This document shows, piece after piece, positions 63,558 to 64,000 of a stretch of 64,000 bases of DNA. Within the stretch, counting starts at the first letter, position 1, and each line of letters opens with the position of its first letter. This DNA is from an uncultured Planctomycetota bacterium (GTDB lineage: Bacteria; Planctomycetota; Planctomycetia; Isosphaerales; Isosphaeraceae). A model generated the notes under the pieces. The model was not told the origin of the DNA. It saw nothing but the letters and a program-made list of their open reading frames with translations, and made no database searches. Position numbers and translations under genes: made by a program. Where the stretch lies: assembly GCA_963737655.1 (NCBI GenBank), contig CAVTTN010000002.1:2336001-2400000 (forward strand). Direction: 5' to 3'.

Positions 63558-63998
63558 TCAGGGCGGAGGGGCGGGGGAGGAGACATCGATTTGGCGGCCC
63601 TCGAGCTCGGCAATCTTCCGGCGGATCGGGTCCGGGACCGGCCGGGGGCTTTGGGCCGAATAGTCGAAGACGACCAGCGTGGACGTCCCGTCCAAAGCGA
63701 CGTCGCGGAGCTCCCGGCTGACGACCCGATGATCCATGGTCAGGCTCGTCCGGCCGATTCGAACAATCCGGGCGCCGACCAGGACGGAGTCGGGGAACCG
63801 CAGTTGGAGCCGGTAATCGCAGCGGATCGACGCCAGGATGGGCCCGATTTTCTGGGTCTCCAGGCTCTCCCAGAGGCCGATCTTGCCGGCGTAGGCGATC
63901 CTCGACGACTCGAACCACTTGAGCGGCACGGCGTTGTTGACGTGGCCGAAGGCGTCCTGATCTCCCCACCAGATCGGCACTTCGATCACGACGGGGAA
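63558..63998 (-). CDS. Acyl-CoA thioesterase (4HBT family), start beyond the window
   Basis: WGDQDAFGHVNN, FESSR, hotdog-fold pattern. Confidence 0.88.
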   Translation of the reverse strand, partial: FPVVIEVPIWWGDQDAFGHVNNAVPLKWFESSRIAYAGKIGLWESLETQKIGPILASIRCDYRLQLRFPDSVLVGARIVRIGRTSLTMDHRVVSRELRDVALDGTSTLVVFDYSAQSPRPVPDPIRRKIAELEGRQIDVSSPAPPP

Positions 63999-64000
63999 CT

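Overview
High-GC bacterial chromosomal segment, most likely a planctomycete (Isosphaeraceae-like). This is inferred from two DUF1559 genes, LExRxLLA-type N-termini, an spdEFG1-type fusA and secretin-N-like, HEAT and LRR proteins. It holds about 56 CDS, mostly housekeeping: a polyamine operon (pyruvoyl arginine decarboxylase, DHS-like, sua5), ruvAB, SWIM-SNF2, MutS2, HtrA, GGT, fusA, sdhCD-A-B, uvrA, aspS and prmC. I found no rRNA, tRNA, CRISPR array or transposase. Main points: (1) a translationally coupled pair, a HEPN protein and a BolA-like protein, sits between sdhA and sdhB; (2) the intergenic DNA carries about eight distinct families of palindromic REP/MITE-like elements, one of them nested; (3) about ten single-base frameshifts look like long-read errors, and three of the four insertions fall in the same motif (GAGCTC read as GAGCCTC), a possible methylation footprint; (4) an AP2-like plus J-domain fusion is coupled to a sirtuin. 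All family assignments come from motif recognition by eye, not database searches.
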